A stretch of DNA of 64,000 nt from Sphingomonas phyllosphaerae (GCF_036946485.1 NZ_JAQIJA010000005.1:431164-495163); one strand, 5' to 3'; positions 35,632 to 46,198 are shown, counted from the stretch's first letter. The notes: generated by a model from the letters alone, not told the origin. Made by a program: numbers and translations.

Positions 35632-38600
35632 GCGGTCACCTCCGATCCGCCGTCATGGTGGTGGCCGACGTCGCGGCCATGCGCGCCGCGGTCGGTGGGG
35701 GCGACGCGGCGGGAGAAGCGGTCGATGAGCACCGGCAGGATCAGCAGGATCAGCACCGGCGCGAGCGTCATCCCGCCGACCACGACCAGCGCGAGCGGCT
35801 TCTGCACCTGGCTGCCGATGCCGTGCGACAGCGCGGCGGGCAGCAGGCCGATCGCGGCGACCAGACAGGTCATCACCACCGGGCGCAGCGAATGGCGCAC
35901 CGTCGTCGCCACCGCCCGTGCGCGGTCGAGCCCCTCGTCGATCGCATTGTTGAAGGTGGTGACGACGAGGATGCCGTCCATCACCGCAATCCCGAACAAG
36001 GCCACGAAGCCGATCGCCGCCGAGATGCTGAACGCGGTGCCGGTCAGCGCCAGCGCCAGCACCCCGCCGACCACCGCCAGCGGGATCGCGGCAAAGGCGA
36101 GCAGGCTGTCGCGGATCGACCCGAAATTGGCGTAGAGCAGCAGCAGCATCAGCAGGAGGCTGATCGGCACGACGATCTCCAGCCGCGCGATCGCGTTGTT
36201 GAGATTGTCGAGCTCGCCCGCCCATTCGAGATGGTAGCCGGCGGGCAGATGCACCTCGTGCTGGATCCGCGCGCGCGCCTCGTCGACCGCGCCGCCCAGA
36301 TCGCGCCCGCGCACCGAGAATTTGATCGGGATGTAGCGTTCCTGATGCTCGCGATAGATGAACGACGCGCCCGAGGTCAGGCGGACGTTGGCGACCTCCG
36401 ACAGCGGCACCTGGATCGTTTGCGCGCTGCCGTCGAGCGCGGGTGCGCCGATCGTGATCCGGCGCAGCGCCTCCAGCGAGTCACGCTGCTCGGGCTTCAG
36501 ACGCACGACGATCGGGAAGTGGCGGTCGGTCCCGGCCTCGTAGAGATCGGCGGCGGTGCTGCCGCCGATCGCCGCCGCGACCACGCCGTTCACGTCGTCG
36601 GGCGTGAGCCCATAGCGTGCGGCGCGGGCGCGATCGACGTCGATGCGGACGGTCGGCTGGCCGAGCGACTGGAAGACGCCGAGATCCTCGATCCCGCGCA
36701 CCTTGCCCATCTGGTCCTTGATCTGATTGGCGTATTTTTCGAGCGTCGGCAGATCGGGGCCGAACAGCTTGATCGAATTGGCGCCCTTCACCCCCGAGGC
36801 GGCTTCCTCGACGTTATCCTCGATGATCTGCGAGAAGGAGAAATCGACGCCCGGATATTTGGCGCTCAGCTTCTTCGACAATTCGTCGATCAGCTTCTCC
36901 TTGGTCATCCCCGACGGCCATTCGTCGGCGGGCTTGAGCGGCACGAAGAATTCGGCGTTGAAGAAGCCGGTCGCGTCGGTGCCGTCGTCGGGCCGGCCGT
37001 GCGCGGACAGCACCGCGGTCGCCTCCGGATATTGCGCGATGATCCGCCGGATGCCGTTGACGGTTGGCTCGCCCGCCTCAAGGCTGATCGACGCCGGCAG
37101 CGTGGCGCGAATGTACATATTGCCTTCCTCCAGATGCGGAAGGAATTCGATGCCGAGCGAGCGCACCCCGACCATCGCGACGAGCAGCAGCAGCACGCCG
37201 CCGCCCAGCGCGAGCACGCGGTTGCCGAGCGCGAAGGCGGCGGCCGGTTCGTAGACGCGGCGCAGCTTGCCGACGATGAACGTCTCCACTTCCGACAATT
37301 TGTCGGGGAGCAGCAAAGTCGCGAGCACCGGCGCGACCGTGAAGGTCGCGATCAGCCCGCCGGTGATCGCATAGGCATAGGTCTTGGCCATCGGACCGAA
37401 GATGTGCCCCTCGACCCCGGTCAGCGTGAACAGCGGCAGGAAGCTGGCGATGATGATCGCCGCGGCGAAGAAGATGCCGCGGCTGACCTCGCTCGACGCG
37501 CCCAGCACCGCCGAGAAGCGGCTGGCGAGCGAATAATGCCCCTTGCCGCTTTCGACGTTCGCCGATCGCTCGACCATGTGGCGGAAGATATTCTCGACCA
37601 TGATGACGCAGGCGTCGACCACCAGCCCGAAGTCGAGCGCGCCGACCGACAGCAGGTTCGCGCTCTCGCCCTGCAGCACGAGGATCAGGATCGCGAAGGC
37701 GAGCGCGAACGGGATCGTCGCCGCGACGATGATCGCGCTGCGCAGATTGCCGAGGAACAGCCATTGCAGCGCGAAGATCAGCAGGATGCCGACCACCATG
37801 TTCTCGAGCACGGTGTGGATCGTCAGCTTGATGAGGTCCGAACGGTCGTAGATCCGCTCCAGATGCACGCCGGGCGGCAGGACCCCCGAATCGTTGATCT
37901 CGGCGACCTCCTTCTGGACGCGTTCGATCGTCGGCATCGACTGCGCGCCGCGCTGCATCAGCACGATGCCCTGCACGATGTCGTCCTGGTCGTTATAGCC
38001 GGCGATGCCGAGCCGCGGCGTGTTGCCGATCGTGACCTTCGCCACGTCCTTCACCAGCACCGGCTGCCCGCCGGCGGTGCCGACCAGCACGTTCTCGATC
38101 CCCGACGGCGACTGGATCAGCCCGACCCCGCGGACGATCGCGGCCTGTGCGCCGAAGTTGATCGTCTGCCCGCCGACGTTGCCGTCGCTCTTGGCGATCG
38201 CCTGCAACACCTGGTTGACGGTGACGCCGTGCGCGGACAGGCGATCGTTGTCGATCACCACGTCATAGGCGCGCAGCTTCCCGCCCCAGCCGGTGACGTC
38301 GATCACACCGGGAATGCGCTTGAAGCGGCGTTGCAGCACCCAGTCCTGCAACGTCTTGAGGTCCATGACCGAATAGCCCTTGGGCGCGGCGATCCGGTAG
38401 CGATAGATTTCGCCGACCGGGCTGGTCGGCGACAGCGTCGGCTGCGCGCCACCGGTGAGCGGCGGGAGCTGCGACAGGCGGTTGATGACCTGCTGCCGCG
38501 CCTGTTCGTTGGTGTAATCGTAGCTGAACTGGATCTTGATGTCCGACAGGCCGAACAGGCTGATCGCGCGGATCGCGGTCAGATGCGGGATGCCCGCCAT

Positions 38601-38813
38601 CTGCACCTCGATCGGGATGGTGACGTTGCGCTCCATCTCCTCGGCGGACAGGCCCTGCGTCTGGGTGATGACCTCGACCATCGGCGGGACCGGATCGGGA
38701 TAGGCCTCGATATTGAGGTTGAGGAAGCCGATGACGCCCGCCACCAGCATGGCGACGAAGACGCCGACGATCAGCAGCCGCTGACGCAGCGCGAATCCTA
38801 CGATGCGGTTCAC
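35628..38813 (-). CDS. CzcA/CusA-family heavy-metal efflux RND transporter
   Basis: 1061-aa ORF with 12-TM RND architecture. The N-terminus MNRIVGFALRQRLLIVGVFVAMLVAGVIGF and overall motifs are typical of the HME-RND family. Confidence 0.9.
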   Translation of the reverse strand: MNRIVGFALRQRLLIVGVFVAMLVAGVIGFLNLNIEAYPDPVPPMVEVITQTQGLSAEEMERNVTIPIEVQMAGIPHLTAIRAISLFGLSDIKIQFSYDYTNEQARQQVINRLSQLPPLTGGAQPTLSPTSPVGEIYRYRIAAPKGYSVMDLKTLQDWVLQRRFKRIPGVIDVTGWGGKLRAYDVVIDNDRLSAHGVTVNQVLQAIAKSDGNVGGQTINFGAQAAIVRGVGLIQSPSGIENVLVGTAGGQPVLVKDVAKVTIGNTPRLGIAGYNDQDDIVQGIVLMQRGAQSMPTIERVQKEVAEINDSGVLPPGVHLERIYDRSDLIKLTIHTVLENMVVGILLIFALQWLFLGNLRSAIIVAATIPFALAFAILILVLQGESANLLSVGALDFGLVVDACVIMVENIFRHMVERSANVESGKGHYSLASRFSAVLGASSEVSRGIFFAAAIIIASFLPLFTLTGVEGHIFGPMAKTYAYAITGGLIATFTVAPVLATLLLPDKLSEVETFIVGKLRRVYEPAAAFALGNRVLALGGGVLLLLVAMVGVRSLGIEFLPHLEEGNMYIRATLPASISLEAGEPTVNGIRRIIAQYPEATAVLSAHGRPDDGTDATGFFNAEFFVPLKPADEWPSGMTKEKLIDELSKKLSAKYPGVDFSFSQIIEDNVEEAASGVKGANSIKLFGPDLPTLEKYANQIKDQMGKVRGIEDLGVFQSLGQPTVRIDVDRARAARYGLTPDDVNGVVAAAIGGSTAADLYEAGTDRHFPIVVRLKPEQRDSLEALRRITIGAPALDGSAQTIQVPLSEVANVRLTSGASFIYREHQERYIPIKFSVRGRDLGGAVDEARARIQHEVHLPAGYHLEWAGELDNLNNAIARLEIVVPISLLLMLLLLYANFGSIRDSLLAFAAIPLAVVGGVLALALTGTAFSISAAIGFVALFGIAVMDGILVVTTFNNAIDEGLDRARAVATTVRHSLRPVVMTCLVAAIGLLPAALSHGIGSQVQKPLALVVVGGMTLAPVLILLILPVLIDRFSRRVAPTDRGAHGRDVGHHHDGGSEVTA

Positions 38814-40072
38814 TCGCCGAGCCCCGCTTCGTTGACGAACAGCGCGCCGGCGGTGACGATCCGCTCGCCGGGGGCGAGCCCCTTCAGGATCGCGACCTGC
38901 CCGTCCTGGCTGTCGCCGGTCACCACATCGCGCGCGGCCAGCACGCCGCCGGGCTGGACGACCCAGACGCGTGCCTGTTCGCCCTCATGAATCACCGCGG
39001 CGGCGGGGACGCGCATCTCCGCCCCCGCGCTGGCGCGGCGGATCGCGAAGCTGGCGAACATCTGCGGCTTGAGCGCGCCGCCGGGGTTGGCGATCGCGGC
39101 GCGTACCGGCAGGCGGTGCGTGACGGGATCGAGCGCCGCGCCGACCAGATCGATCCGCGCGCTGAACGTGCGGCCGGGCAGCGCGGGGGTGGTGACGGTG
39201 GCGGCATCGCCGACGTGGATCGACTCGGCATCGCCCTCCGCGACCTGCGCGACCAGCCAGACGCGCGACGGATCGGTGATCGTCATCACCGGCTTGTCGC
39301 CGCCCTGCCCGACATATTGCCCGGCGGAGACGTCGCGCGACGCGATCAGCCCGCTGATCGGGGCGTGGAGCGTGGTGACGTCGTGGATGCCCGAGACTTC
39401 GCTGACATTCTCCAGCCGGCGGATTTCGGCGGGCGACTTGCCGAGCACTGCGAGCTTGTCGCGCGCCGCGCCCAGCGCGGCGGCGGCGGTGCGCGCGCTG
39501 GCCTGCGCGGCGGCGAGATCGACCTGCGCCTGCTGATAGTCCTTCAGCGCGCCACCGGCGGTTTCGTAGATCTGCTTCTGGCGGTCGGCCGCGCGCTGCG
39601 CCGCGATCAGCTGCGCCTGTGCATTCTGATAGGCGGCGCGGGCGGCGAACAGCCCGCTGCGCGCATCGACGAAATCGCCGGTGCGCACCAGCAGCAGCGG
39701 CTGGCCCTGCACGACGCGCTCGCCGGCCTCGACCAAGACCTTCACGACCTGACCCGCATAGGGCATCAGCACCGGCGTGCTGCGGTCACCGTCGACGGTG
39801 ATCGCGCCGCTGGCCAGCGTGCGCTCATCCGCGCTGCCCGCGCCGACGCGCATCGTCTGCAGCCCGGCAAGCTGCACCTGCGTGGGGCGGAAGGTGCCCG
39901 GCGGCGGCGGCGCGGGCGGTGCCTCTTCCTTGTGCGTCCATTTGCCGATCAGCGTGACGAGCAGCACCACGCCAACCAGCGCGGCGGCGGCGATCGCCAG
40001 CCAGCGCCACTGCGCCGGGCGCGACAGACGGTTCGCGGGGGGAAGCGGAACGGATTCGTCGGCTGCGTGCAT
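38810..40072 (-). CDS. RND efflux periplasmic adaptor (CzcB/HlyD family)
   Basis: Track ORF 38810..40165. I prefer ATG 40072 (MHAADESVP), which is followed by a TM anchor. Coiled-coil and beta-barrel adaptor regions. Confidence 0.85.
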   Translation of the reverse strand: MHAADESVPLPPANRLSRPAQWRWLAIAAAALVGVVLLVTLIGKWTHKEEAPPAPPPPGTFRPTQVQLAGLQTMRVGAGSADERTLASGAITVDGDRSTPVLMPYAGQVVKVLVEAGERVVQGQPLLLVRTGDFVDARSGLFAARAAYQNAQAQLIAAQRAADRQKQIYETAGGALKDYQQAQVDLAAAQASARTAAAALGAARDKLAVLGKSPAEIRRLENVSEVSGIHDVTTLHAPISGLIASRDVSAGQYVGQGGDKPVMTITDPSRVWLVAQVAEGDAESIHVGDAATVTTPALPGRTFSARIDLVGAALDPVTHRLPVRAAIANPGGALKPQMFASFAIRRASAGAEMRVPAAAVIHEGEQARVWVVQPGGVLAARDVVTGDSQDGQVAILKGLAPGERIVTAGALFVNEAGLGE

Positions 40073-40157
40073 GATCGACTCTGCGTACGGTGAACCGTAA
40101 GGCGCGTAGCGAGGGCGGCTTACATGTACCTGACGATTGCTGCGCTGCGGGGGAATC

Positions 40158-40835
40158 TTGCGCATATTATTGATCGAGGATGACAGGGCGTTGGCGGAGG
40201 CGCTGACCGCGGCGCTGCTGCAACGCGGGCTGACGGTGGATCATGCCGCGTCGCTGGACGAGGCGGAGGCGTATATGGCGGCGGTCGACCATGCCGCGAT
40301 CCTGCTCGACCTCGGGCTGCCGGACGGCGACGGGCTGGCGTGGCTGCGGCGACGGCGCGCGGGCGGCGAGACGCGGCCGGTGCTGGCGCTGACCGCGCGC
40401 GGCAGCGTCGAGGCGCGCGTCCGCGGGCTGCACGACGGGGCGGACGATTATATCGTGAAGCCGTTCGACGCCGACGAGCTGCATGCGCGGTTGCTGGCGG
40501 TGCTGCGGCGGCAGGGCGGCTATCTGGGCGTGTCGCTGACGTGCGCGCGGCTGACCTTCGATGTCGAGACGCGAACCGTGCGGGTCGGCGAGACGGTGCT
40601 GACCTTGTCGACGCGCGAGACCGAGTTGCTCGAACTGCTGCTGCGGCGGGCGGGGAATGTCGTGCCGAAACGCGTGGTCGAGGACCAGTTGTTCGGCGCC
40701 GGGAGCGATCAGGGATCGAGGAACGCGGTCGAGGTCTATGTCCACCGCTTGCGCAAGCGGCTTGACGAGGCGGGAACCGGCGCGCGGATCGAGACGGTGC
40801 GCGGGGTCGGCTATCTGCTGCGCAGCGCGGCATGA
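40158..40835 (+). CDS. OmpR-family response regulator
   Basis: TTG 40158 gives MRILLIEDD. Receiver ILLDLGLPDGDG. Winged-helix VEVYVHRLRKRL. Divergent from the efflux operon. Confidence 0.9.
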   Translation: MRILLIEDDRALAEALTAALLQRGLTVDHAASLDEAEAYMAAVDHAAILLDLGLPDGDGLAWLRRRRAGGETRPVLALTARGSVEARVRGLHDGADDYIVKPFDADELHARLLAVLRRQGGYLGVSLTCARLTFDVETRTVRVGETVLTLSTRETELLELLLRRAGNVVPKRVVEDQLFGAGSDQGSRNAVEVYVHRLRKRLDEAGTGARIETVRGVGYLLRSAA

Positions 40836-42154
40836 AGCGGTGGTGGCCGCGGTCGCTGTTCGGGCAGCTGGCGCTGCTCCATGTTGCGATCGCGCTGGCC
40901 GCCGCGGTGACGCTGCCGCTGGCGGTCGGGGCGCTGCTCCACCGCGTCGCGCGGCATTACCAGCATGAGGTGCTCCACCAGCAGGCGCAGCGCGTCGCCG
41001 ACCGCCTGAGCGCCGATCGCGGCGACGCGCGGCGGGCGATCGCGAGCGTCGACCTGCTCGCGGGCGGGCTGTCGCTGGCGATCGTCGATGGCGGGCGGCG
41101 GGTGATCGCCGCACGCGGGGCGGCGGTACCGGCGGCGGTGCCGCTGGCGCCTCAGCCCGAACTGGTGCGGCGCGGGCGGGTTGCGGTGCTCAGCCGACCG
41201 GTGGGCGCGCGGTGGATCGTGGTGGCGCAGGACAGCACCGCGCCCGAGGTGGTGACCGACGATATCGTCACGACCTTCCTCAAGCGCTTCGTGCTCTTGC
41301 TGCTGCCGTTCGTGATGCTGGGGCCGCTGATGGCGGCGTGGCTGACGCGCGGGATCCGGCGGCGGATGCGGCGCGCGGCGCAGACCGCCGCCGCGATCGG
41401 GCCGGCGACGCTCGACCGGCGGCTGCCGCGCGGGACGCTGCCTGCCGAGATCGAGCCGCTGGCGGCGGCGACCAATGCCGCGCTCGACCGGCTGGAGGAG
41501 GCGTTCGCGGCGCAGGCGGCGTTCGCGGCGGATGTCGCGCATGAGCTGCGCACGCCGCTGGCGACGATCCGGCTACGCGCGGATGCGGTGGCGGACGTGG
41601 CGGCGCGCGCGGCGTTGTTGCAGCAGGTCGATCGCGCCGCGCGGGTGATCGCGCAATTGCTGAGCCTCGCCGATCTGGAGCGGCCGGTGCAGGACGATGG
41701 CGCGGTGGTCGATCTGGGCGCGCTCGCCGAGAAGGTGGTGGGGGAGCGCGCGCCGGCGGTGCTTGCGTCGGGGCGGACGATCGCGTTGCAGGTGGACGGT
41801 GCCGCGGCGATCCCCGGCCAGCCGGCGGCGATCACGCTGGCGCTGCAGAATCTGATCGACAATGCGGTGCGGCACACGCCGGCGGGAGCGCGGATCGCGG
41901 TTTCGGCCGGACCGGGCGCGCGACTGTGCGTGGGCGACGACGGCGCGCCGATCCCGCCCGAACGGCTGGTAAAGATGCGCGAGCGGTTCTGGAAGGGCGA
42001 GGCGCGCAGCGGCGGCTCGGGGCTGGGGCTGTCGATCGTCGCGCGGATCGCGGCGGCGCATGGGGGCGCGTTGACGCTCAGCCCGGGCGAAGACGGGCGC
42101 GGGTTGCGGGCGTGTCTGGTGCTGGGCGGCACTTCACCGTCATTGCGAGCGTAG
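40832..42154 (+). CDS. Sensor histidine kinase
   Basis: 440-aa ORF. Two TM segments, H-box FAADVAHELRTPLATI, N/G boxes LIDNAVRHTP and GSGLGLSIV. ATGA overlap with the regulator gene. Confidence 0.9.
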   Translation: MKRWWPRSLFGQLALLHVAIALAAAVTLPLAVGALLHRVARHYQHEVLHQQAQRVADRLSADRGDARRAIASVDLLAGGLSLAIVDGGRRVIAARGAAVPAAVPLAPQPELVRRGRVAVLSRPVGARWIVVAQDSTAPEVVTDDIVTTFLKRFVLLLLPFVMLGPLMAAWLTRGIRRRMRRAAQTAAAIGPATLDRRLPRGTLPAEIEPLAAATNAALDRLEEAFAAQAAFAADVAHELRTPLATIRLRADAVADVAARAALLQQVDRAARVIAQLLSLADLERPVQDDGAVVDLGALAEKVVGERAPAVLASGRTIALQVDGAAAIPGQPAAITLALQNLIDNAVRHTPAGARIAVSAGPGARLCVGDDGAPIPPERLVKMRERFWKGEARSGGSGLGLSIVARIAAAHGGALTLSPGEDGRGLRACLVLGGTSPSLRA

Positions 42155-42215
42155 CGAAGCAATCCAGGGTCGGACCAGGACGCCCTGGATTGCTTCGCTA
42201 CGCTCGCAATGACGG
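42137..42215. repeat. Hairpin repeat family 1, copy 1
   Basis: ccgtcattgcgagcgtagcgaagcaatccagg...cctggattgcttcgctacgctcgcaatgacgg. It fills the whole gap between two convergent genes and supplies the last codons and stop of the kinase. Confidence 0.8.
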
Positions 42216-42219
42216 CCTC

Positions 42220-44136
42220 TTACTGCGCCACAGGGACGATCGGGAGCAACACCGCGCTTGGGGTCGCGCCGCCGCGTTCGATCGTGACCGTCGCCTTCTT
42301 GTAGTCGCCCGGCTGCGCGAAGAAGATGTTCTTCACATAGGTCTGCGGGTTGCGGTCGTAGAGCGGGAACAGGCTCGACTGGACCTGCACCATCACCCGG
42401 TGTCCCGGCTGGAAGACGTGGTTCACCGTCGGCAGGCGGAAGCGATAGCGCTGGACCTTGCCCGCCGGGATCGCGCTGGGCTTGGCAAAGCTGTCGCGGT
42501 AGCGGCCGCGGAAGATGTCGAGGCTGATCGGCAGCTGATAACCGCCCATCTTCGCGTCGGCGACGTTGGCGGGCAGCACGTCGATGATCTTGACGACGAA
42601 ATCGCCGTCGGTGCCGGTCGTCTTGGCATAGAGATCAGCGATCGGCGCGCCCGAGACGCGCAGCGGCTGCGTCAGCACCGGTGTCATATAGGTCATCACG
42701 TCGGTGCGACCATCGGCGGGACGCTGGTCGCTGACCAGCCAGTCGCCCCAGCGACCGTCGTCGAAATTGACCGGACGCGGCAGATGCGGAACCGGCTTGG
42801 CGGGATCGGAGACGTAGGCGTCGCCGCCCGCCGCGCCCTTCGCCAGCGCCAGCCCGCCGTCCGCCTGCAGATACATCGGCGTCAGCGGCGCGGCGCAGCC
42901 CTGTTCGCACGCCAGTGGCCAATTCGCGAAGCGATCCCAATGGTTCTCGCCGGTGTTGTAGATCGCGGCGGTCGGCAGGTTCGCCGCCGGCCCGTCCTTG
43001 AGATATTGATCGAACAGCGGACGCACCATCTGCTCGCGGAATTGCGCGGCGGTGTCGCCGTTCCATTGGAACGGGCCGAGGCTGCGCCCCTCGCGGTTGA
43101 CCTGGCTGTGCCGCCACGGCCCCATGACGAGGAAGTTGTTGCCGACCTTGCCCTTGGCCTTGAGCGCCTCCCATGCGGTGATCGCGCCGTACATGTCCTC
43201 CTGATCCCACAGCCCCTGTTCCCAGAGCGTGGGCACGTTCGAGGGATTGGCGGCGAGCAATTTGTCGAGCGCCTGCCCCTGCCAGAAGGCGTCATAGGCG
43301 GGATGCTGCGACATGCGCGTCCAATAGGGCAGCTGGTCGTAGCCCGACTGCTTCGCCCAACCGCCCGCCGACTTGTCGCGGAAATTGTCGTAATCGTCAT
43401 AGCCGCCGGTCGGCGGGAGCGGGCCGCCGCTCTTGTAACCGGTCTGCCCGCCCAGCCACGCGATGTTGGCGAGCCGGAACGCGCCATAGTGGAACCAGTC
43501 GTCGCCCATCCAGCCGTCGATCATCGGGCTTTCGGGCGCGGCGACCCTGAGCGCGGGATGCGGATTGAGCAGCGCCATCACGACGGTAAAGCCCTCGTAG
43601 GACGAGCCGATCATCCCGACGCGGCCGTTCGACTGCGGCAGGTTCGCCTTGTTCACCAGCCAGTCGATCGTGTCGTAGGCGTCGGTGACGTGGTCGACCT
43701 TGGTGGGGTTGAGCGGGCCGATCACCGGGCGCGTCACGACGTAATCGCCCTCCGAGCCATATTTGCCGCGCACGTCCTGATAGACGCGGATATACCCGCC
43801 CTTCACGAAGATCTCGTCGGCGAGCGGCAGCGCGTTGAGCATCGACGGGCTGTCGCTGCGGTTCGCGCGCGCCGAGGCGTTGTACGGCGTTCGGGTCAGC
43901 ACGATCGGCGCGTTGGTCGCGTTCTTCGGGATGACGATGACGGTGTGGAGCTTCACCCCGTCGCGCATCGGGATCATCACCTCCTGCTTAATATAGTCGC
44001 GCGCGATCGTCGGCAGGCGGAAGTTCGCGGGGATGTCGCCCCCGGCCGGTGGCTGGGTCTTCGGTCCGGTCTGGGGCGCCTGCGCCGCGACGGTGGCAAG
44101 GGCGATGAGCGGCAGCGACAGCACGGAACGACGCAT
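42220..44136 (-). CDS. CocE/NonD-family hydrolase (S15 X-Pro dipeptidyl-peptidase-like)
   Basis: 638-aa ORF. Signal peptide. MIPMRDGVKLHTVIVIPK, nucleophile elbow GSSYEG, C-terminal galactose-binding-like domain. Confidence 0.85.
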   Translation of the reverse strand: MRRSVLSLPLIALATVAAQAPQTGPKTQPPAGGDIPANFRLPTIARDYIKQEVMIPMRDGVKLHTVIVIPKNATNAPIVLTRTPYNASARANRSDSPSMLNALPLADEIFVKGGYIRVYQDVRGKYGSEGDYVVTRPVIGPLNPTKVDHVTDAYDTIDWLVNKANLPQSNGRVGMIGSSYEGFTVVMALLNPHPALRVAAPESPMIDGWMGDDWFHYGAFRLANIAWLGGQTGYKSGGPLPPTGGYDDYDNFRDKSAGGWAKQSGYDQLPYWTRMSQHPAYDAFWQGQALDKLLAANPSNVPTLWEQGLWDQEDMYGAITAWEALKAKGKVGNNFLVMGPWRHSQVNREGRSLGPFQWNGDTAAQFREQMVRPLFDQYLKDGPAANLPTAAIYNTGENHWDRFANWPLACEQGCAAPLTPMYLQADGGLALAKGAAGGDAYVSDPAKPVPHLPRPVNFDDGRWGDWLVSDQRPADGRTDVMTYMTPVLTQPLRVSGAPIADLYAKTTGTDGDFVVKIIDVLPANVADAKMGGYQLPISLDIFRGRYRDSFAKPSAIPAGKVQRYRFRLPTVNHVFQPGHRVMVQVQSSLFPLYDRNPQTYVKNIFFAQPGDYKKATVTIERGGATPSAVLLPIVPVAQ

Positions 44137-44287
44137 GGAAAACTCCGGCAGGATTGTTGTCGCGATCTGTGCGGCAGGACGCCCGCCGCCGCAAGCGCGT
44201 CGAAAGGGGGTGGCATTGCACCGGATCGCCGGGCATGATGATGAAAACCAGTTCTCAAATCAAAGAACGACCCGGAGAGGAGCAGCC

Positions 44288-45997
44288 ATGAAGGTGACAC
44301 GCAGGCAGGCGCTGGGCGCGGGCGCGACCGCAGCGGCGGTGGCCTCGGTGCCCGCGGGCGCGGCGAGCGCGGGCACATGCGCCTACGGCACCCGGCCCGG
44401 CGGCAAGCGTGCGGTGCGCGTCCCCGCCCCGCGCGCCTTCACCGGCGACTGGCGGTCGCTGACCGACGGCTACAGCGTCCCGGACTGGTTCCGCGACGCC
44501 AAGTTCGGGATCTGGGCGCACTGGACCGCGCAATGCGTCCCCGCCGCGGGCGACTGGTATGCGCGCAACATGTACCTGCAGGGGTCGTCGCAATATGCGC
44601 ATCACCTGAAGAACTATGGCCACCCCGCCGACACCGGCTTCATGGAGATCCAGAACCGCTGGAAGGCCGAGAAGTGGGACCCGGTGCGGCTGATCGACCT
44701 CTATCAGAAGGCCGGCGCGCGCTATTTCATGGCGCTCGCCAATCATCACGACAATCTCGATTGCTATGCCTCGACGCATCACGCGTGGAACAGCACGCGT
44801 GTCGGGCCGAAGCGCGACATCGTGGGGACGTGGGAGAAGCTGGCGCGCGAGCGGGGCCTGCGCTTCGGGGTGTCGAACCATTCGGCGCATGCGTGGCACT
44901 GGAACCAGGCCGCCTATGGCTATGACGCCGAAGGGCCGCGGCGCGGGCAGCGCTATGACGCGTTCCGGCTGACCGCCGCCGACGGCAAGGGCAAATGGTG
45001 GGACGGGCTCGACCCGCAGCAGCTCTACACCGGGCGCGACGATATCATGCCCGACGGGATCGAGACGCTGCTGGAGGCCGATGCGTGGCACGAGGCGCAC
45101 GACCGGCTGTGGAACGAGGGCACGCCCGCCAACCCGGCGTTCGTGCGCAACTGGTATCTGCGCTGTCAGGAGCTGATCGACCGCTACCGCCCCGATCTGG
45201 TCTATTTCGACAATTTCGACCTGCCGCTCGAACAGGCCGGGCTCGACATCACCGCGTACTTCTACAACCGCAGCATGGCGTGGAACCGCGGGCAATTGCA
45301 GGCGGTGGTGACCGGCAAGAACATCCCGCCGCAGCGCCGGATGGGCGTGGTCGACGACGTCGAGCGCGGCGGCAAGACCTATATCGAGCGCTTCCCGTGG
45401 CAGACCGACACCTGCATCGGCGAATGGCATTACGATCAGGCGGTCTACGATCAGGACCGCTACAAGTCCGCCGCGACGGTCATCCACACGTTGTGCGACG
45501 TGGTGTCGAAAAACGGCAATCTGATGGTCAACGTGCCGCTGCGCGGCGACGGCACGATCGACGACAAGGAAGAGCGGATCGTCGAGGGGATTGCGGCGTG
45601 GATGCAGCGTTATGGCGACGCGATCTACGCCACCCGCCCGTGGCGCGTGCATGGCGAGGGGCCGCGCAACGGCGGCGGCGGGCTGTTCTCCGAGGGCGGG
45701 CCGAAGTCGCTCTATGGCCCCAAGGACATTCGCTATGTTACCAAGGGCGAGCGGCTGCACGCTTTGGTGCTCGGCTGGCCGGAGGACGGGGTTGCGCGGC
45801 TGACGTTGCTGGCGAAGGACAATCGCGTCGGGCGCGGCACCGTCCAGCGCGTGACGGTGCCGGGCAGCGACGCGCCGCTGCGCTTCGTGCGGACCGGCGA
45901 TGCGCTGGAGGTGACGTTGCCGCCCGCGTTGCGCAACGACATCGGCATCGCGCTGATCCTCAGCGGGTCGGGGCTGACCGAAGGGTCGGTAATATAG
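44288..45997 (+). CDS. Alpha-L-fucosidase (GH29)
   Basis: In frame with track ORF 44033..45997. ATG 44288 gives the Tat-type signal MKVTRRQALGAGATAAAVA. GIWAHWTAQCVP..YFMALANHHDNLDCY..WNS motifs. Confidence 0.85.
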   Translation: MKVTRRQALGAGATAAAVASVPAGAASAGTCAYGTRPGGKRAVRVPAPRAFTGDWRSLTDGYSVPDWFRDAKFGIWAHWTAQCVPAAGDWYARNMYLQGSSQYAHHLKNYGHPADTGFMEIQNRWKAEKWDPVRLIDLYQKAGARYFMALANHHDNLDCYASTHHAWNSTRVGPKRDIVGTWEKLARERGLRFGVSNHSAHAWHWNQAAYGYDAEGPRRGQRYDAFRLTAADGKGKWWDGLDPQQLYTGRDDIMPDGIETLLEADAWHEAHDRLWNEGTPANPAFVRNWYLRCQELIDRYRPDLVYFDNFDLPLEQAGLDITAYFYNRSMAWNRGQLQAVVTGKNIPPQRRMGVVDDVERGGKTYIERFPWQTDTCIGEWHYDQAVYDQDRYKSAATVIHTLCDVVSKNGNLMVNVPLRGDGTIDDKEERIVEGIAAWMQRYGDAIYATRPWRVHGEGPRNGGGGLFSEGGPKSLYGPKDIRYVTKGERLHALVLGWPEDGVARLTLLAKDNRVGRGTVQRVTVPGSDAPLRFVRTGDALEVTLPPALRNDIGIALILSGSGLTEGSVI

Positions 45998-46019
45998 GGT
46001 GCGATGACGTCAGCTTGCT

Positions 46020-46097
46020 CCGTCATTGCGAGCGGAGCGAAGCAATCCAGTGCCGGATCAGGACGCCCTGGATTGCTTCGCTGCGCTCGCAATGACG
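46020..46097. repeat. Hairpin repeat family 1, copy 2
   Basis: ccgtcattgcgagcggagcgaagcaatccag...cctggattgcttcgctgcgctcgcaatgacg, 23 nt after the fucosidase stop. Confidence 0.8.
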
Positions 46098-46110
46098 ATC
46101 GGGCTCGCCC

Positions 46111-46198
46111 CGTCGCCCCGGCCCTGAGCCGGGGCCCCGCTTCTGCGCCGCGTTTGGGAGAGAAGAAGCGGGATCCCGGATCAAGTCCGGGATGACGG
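46111..46198. repeat. Hairpin repeat family 2, copy A (inverted orientation)
   Basis: cgtcgccccggccctgagccggggccccgcttct...agaagcgggatcccggatcaagtccgggatgacgg. Confidence 0.8.

Noticed and set aside
35517-38990. 1157-aa plus-strand ORF antisense to the RND pump
   Set aside because: The sequence is low-complexity (R/D/G/H/Q). The reverse strand encodes an unmistakable CzcA/CusA-type transporter.
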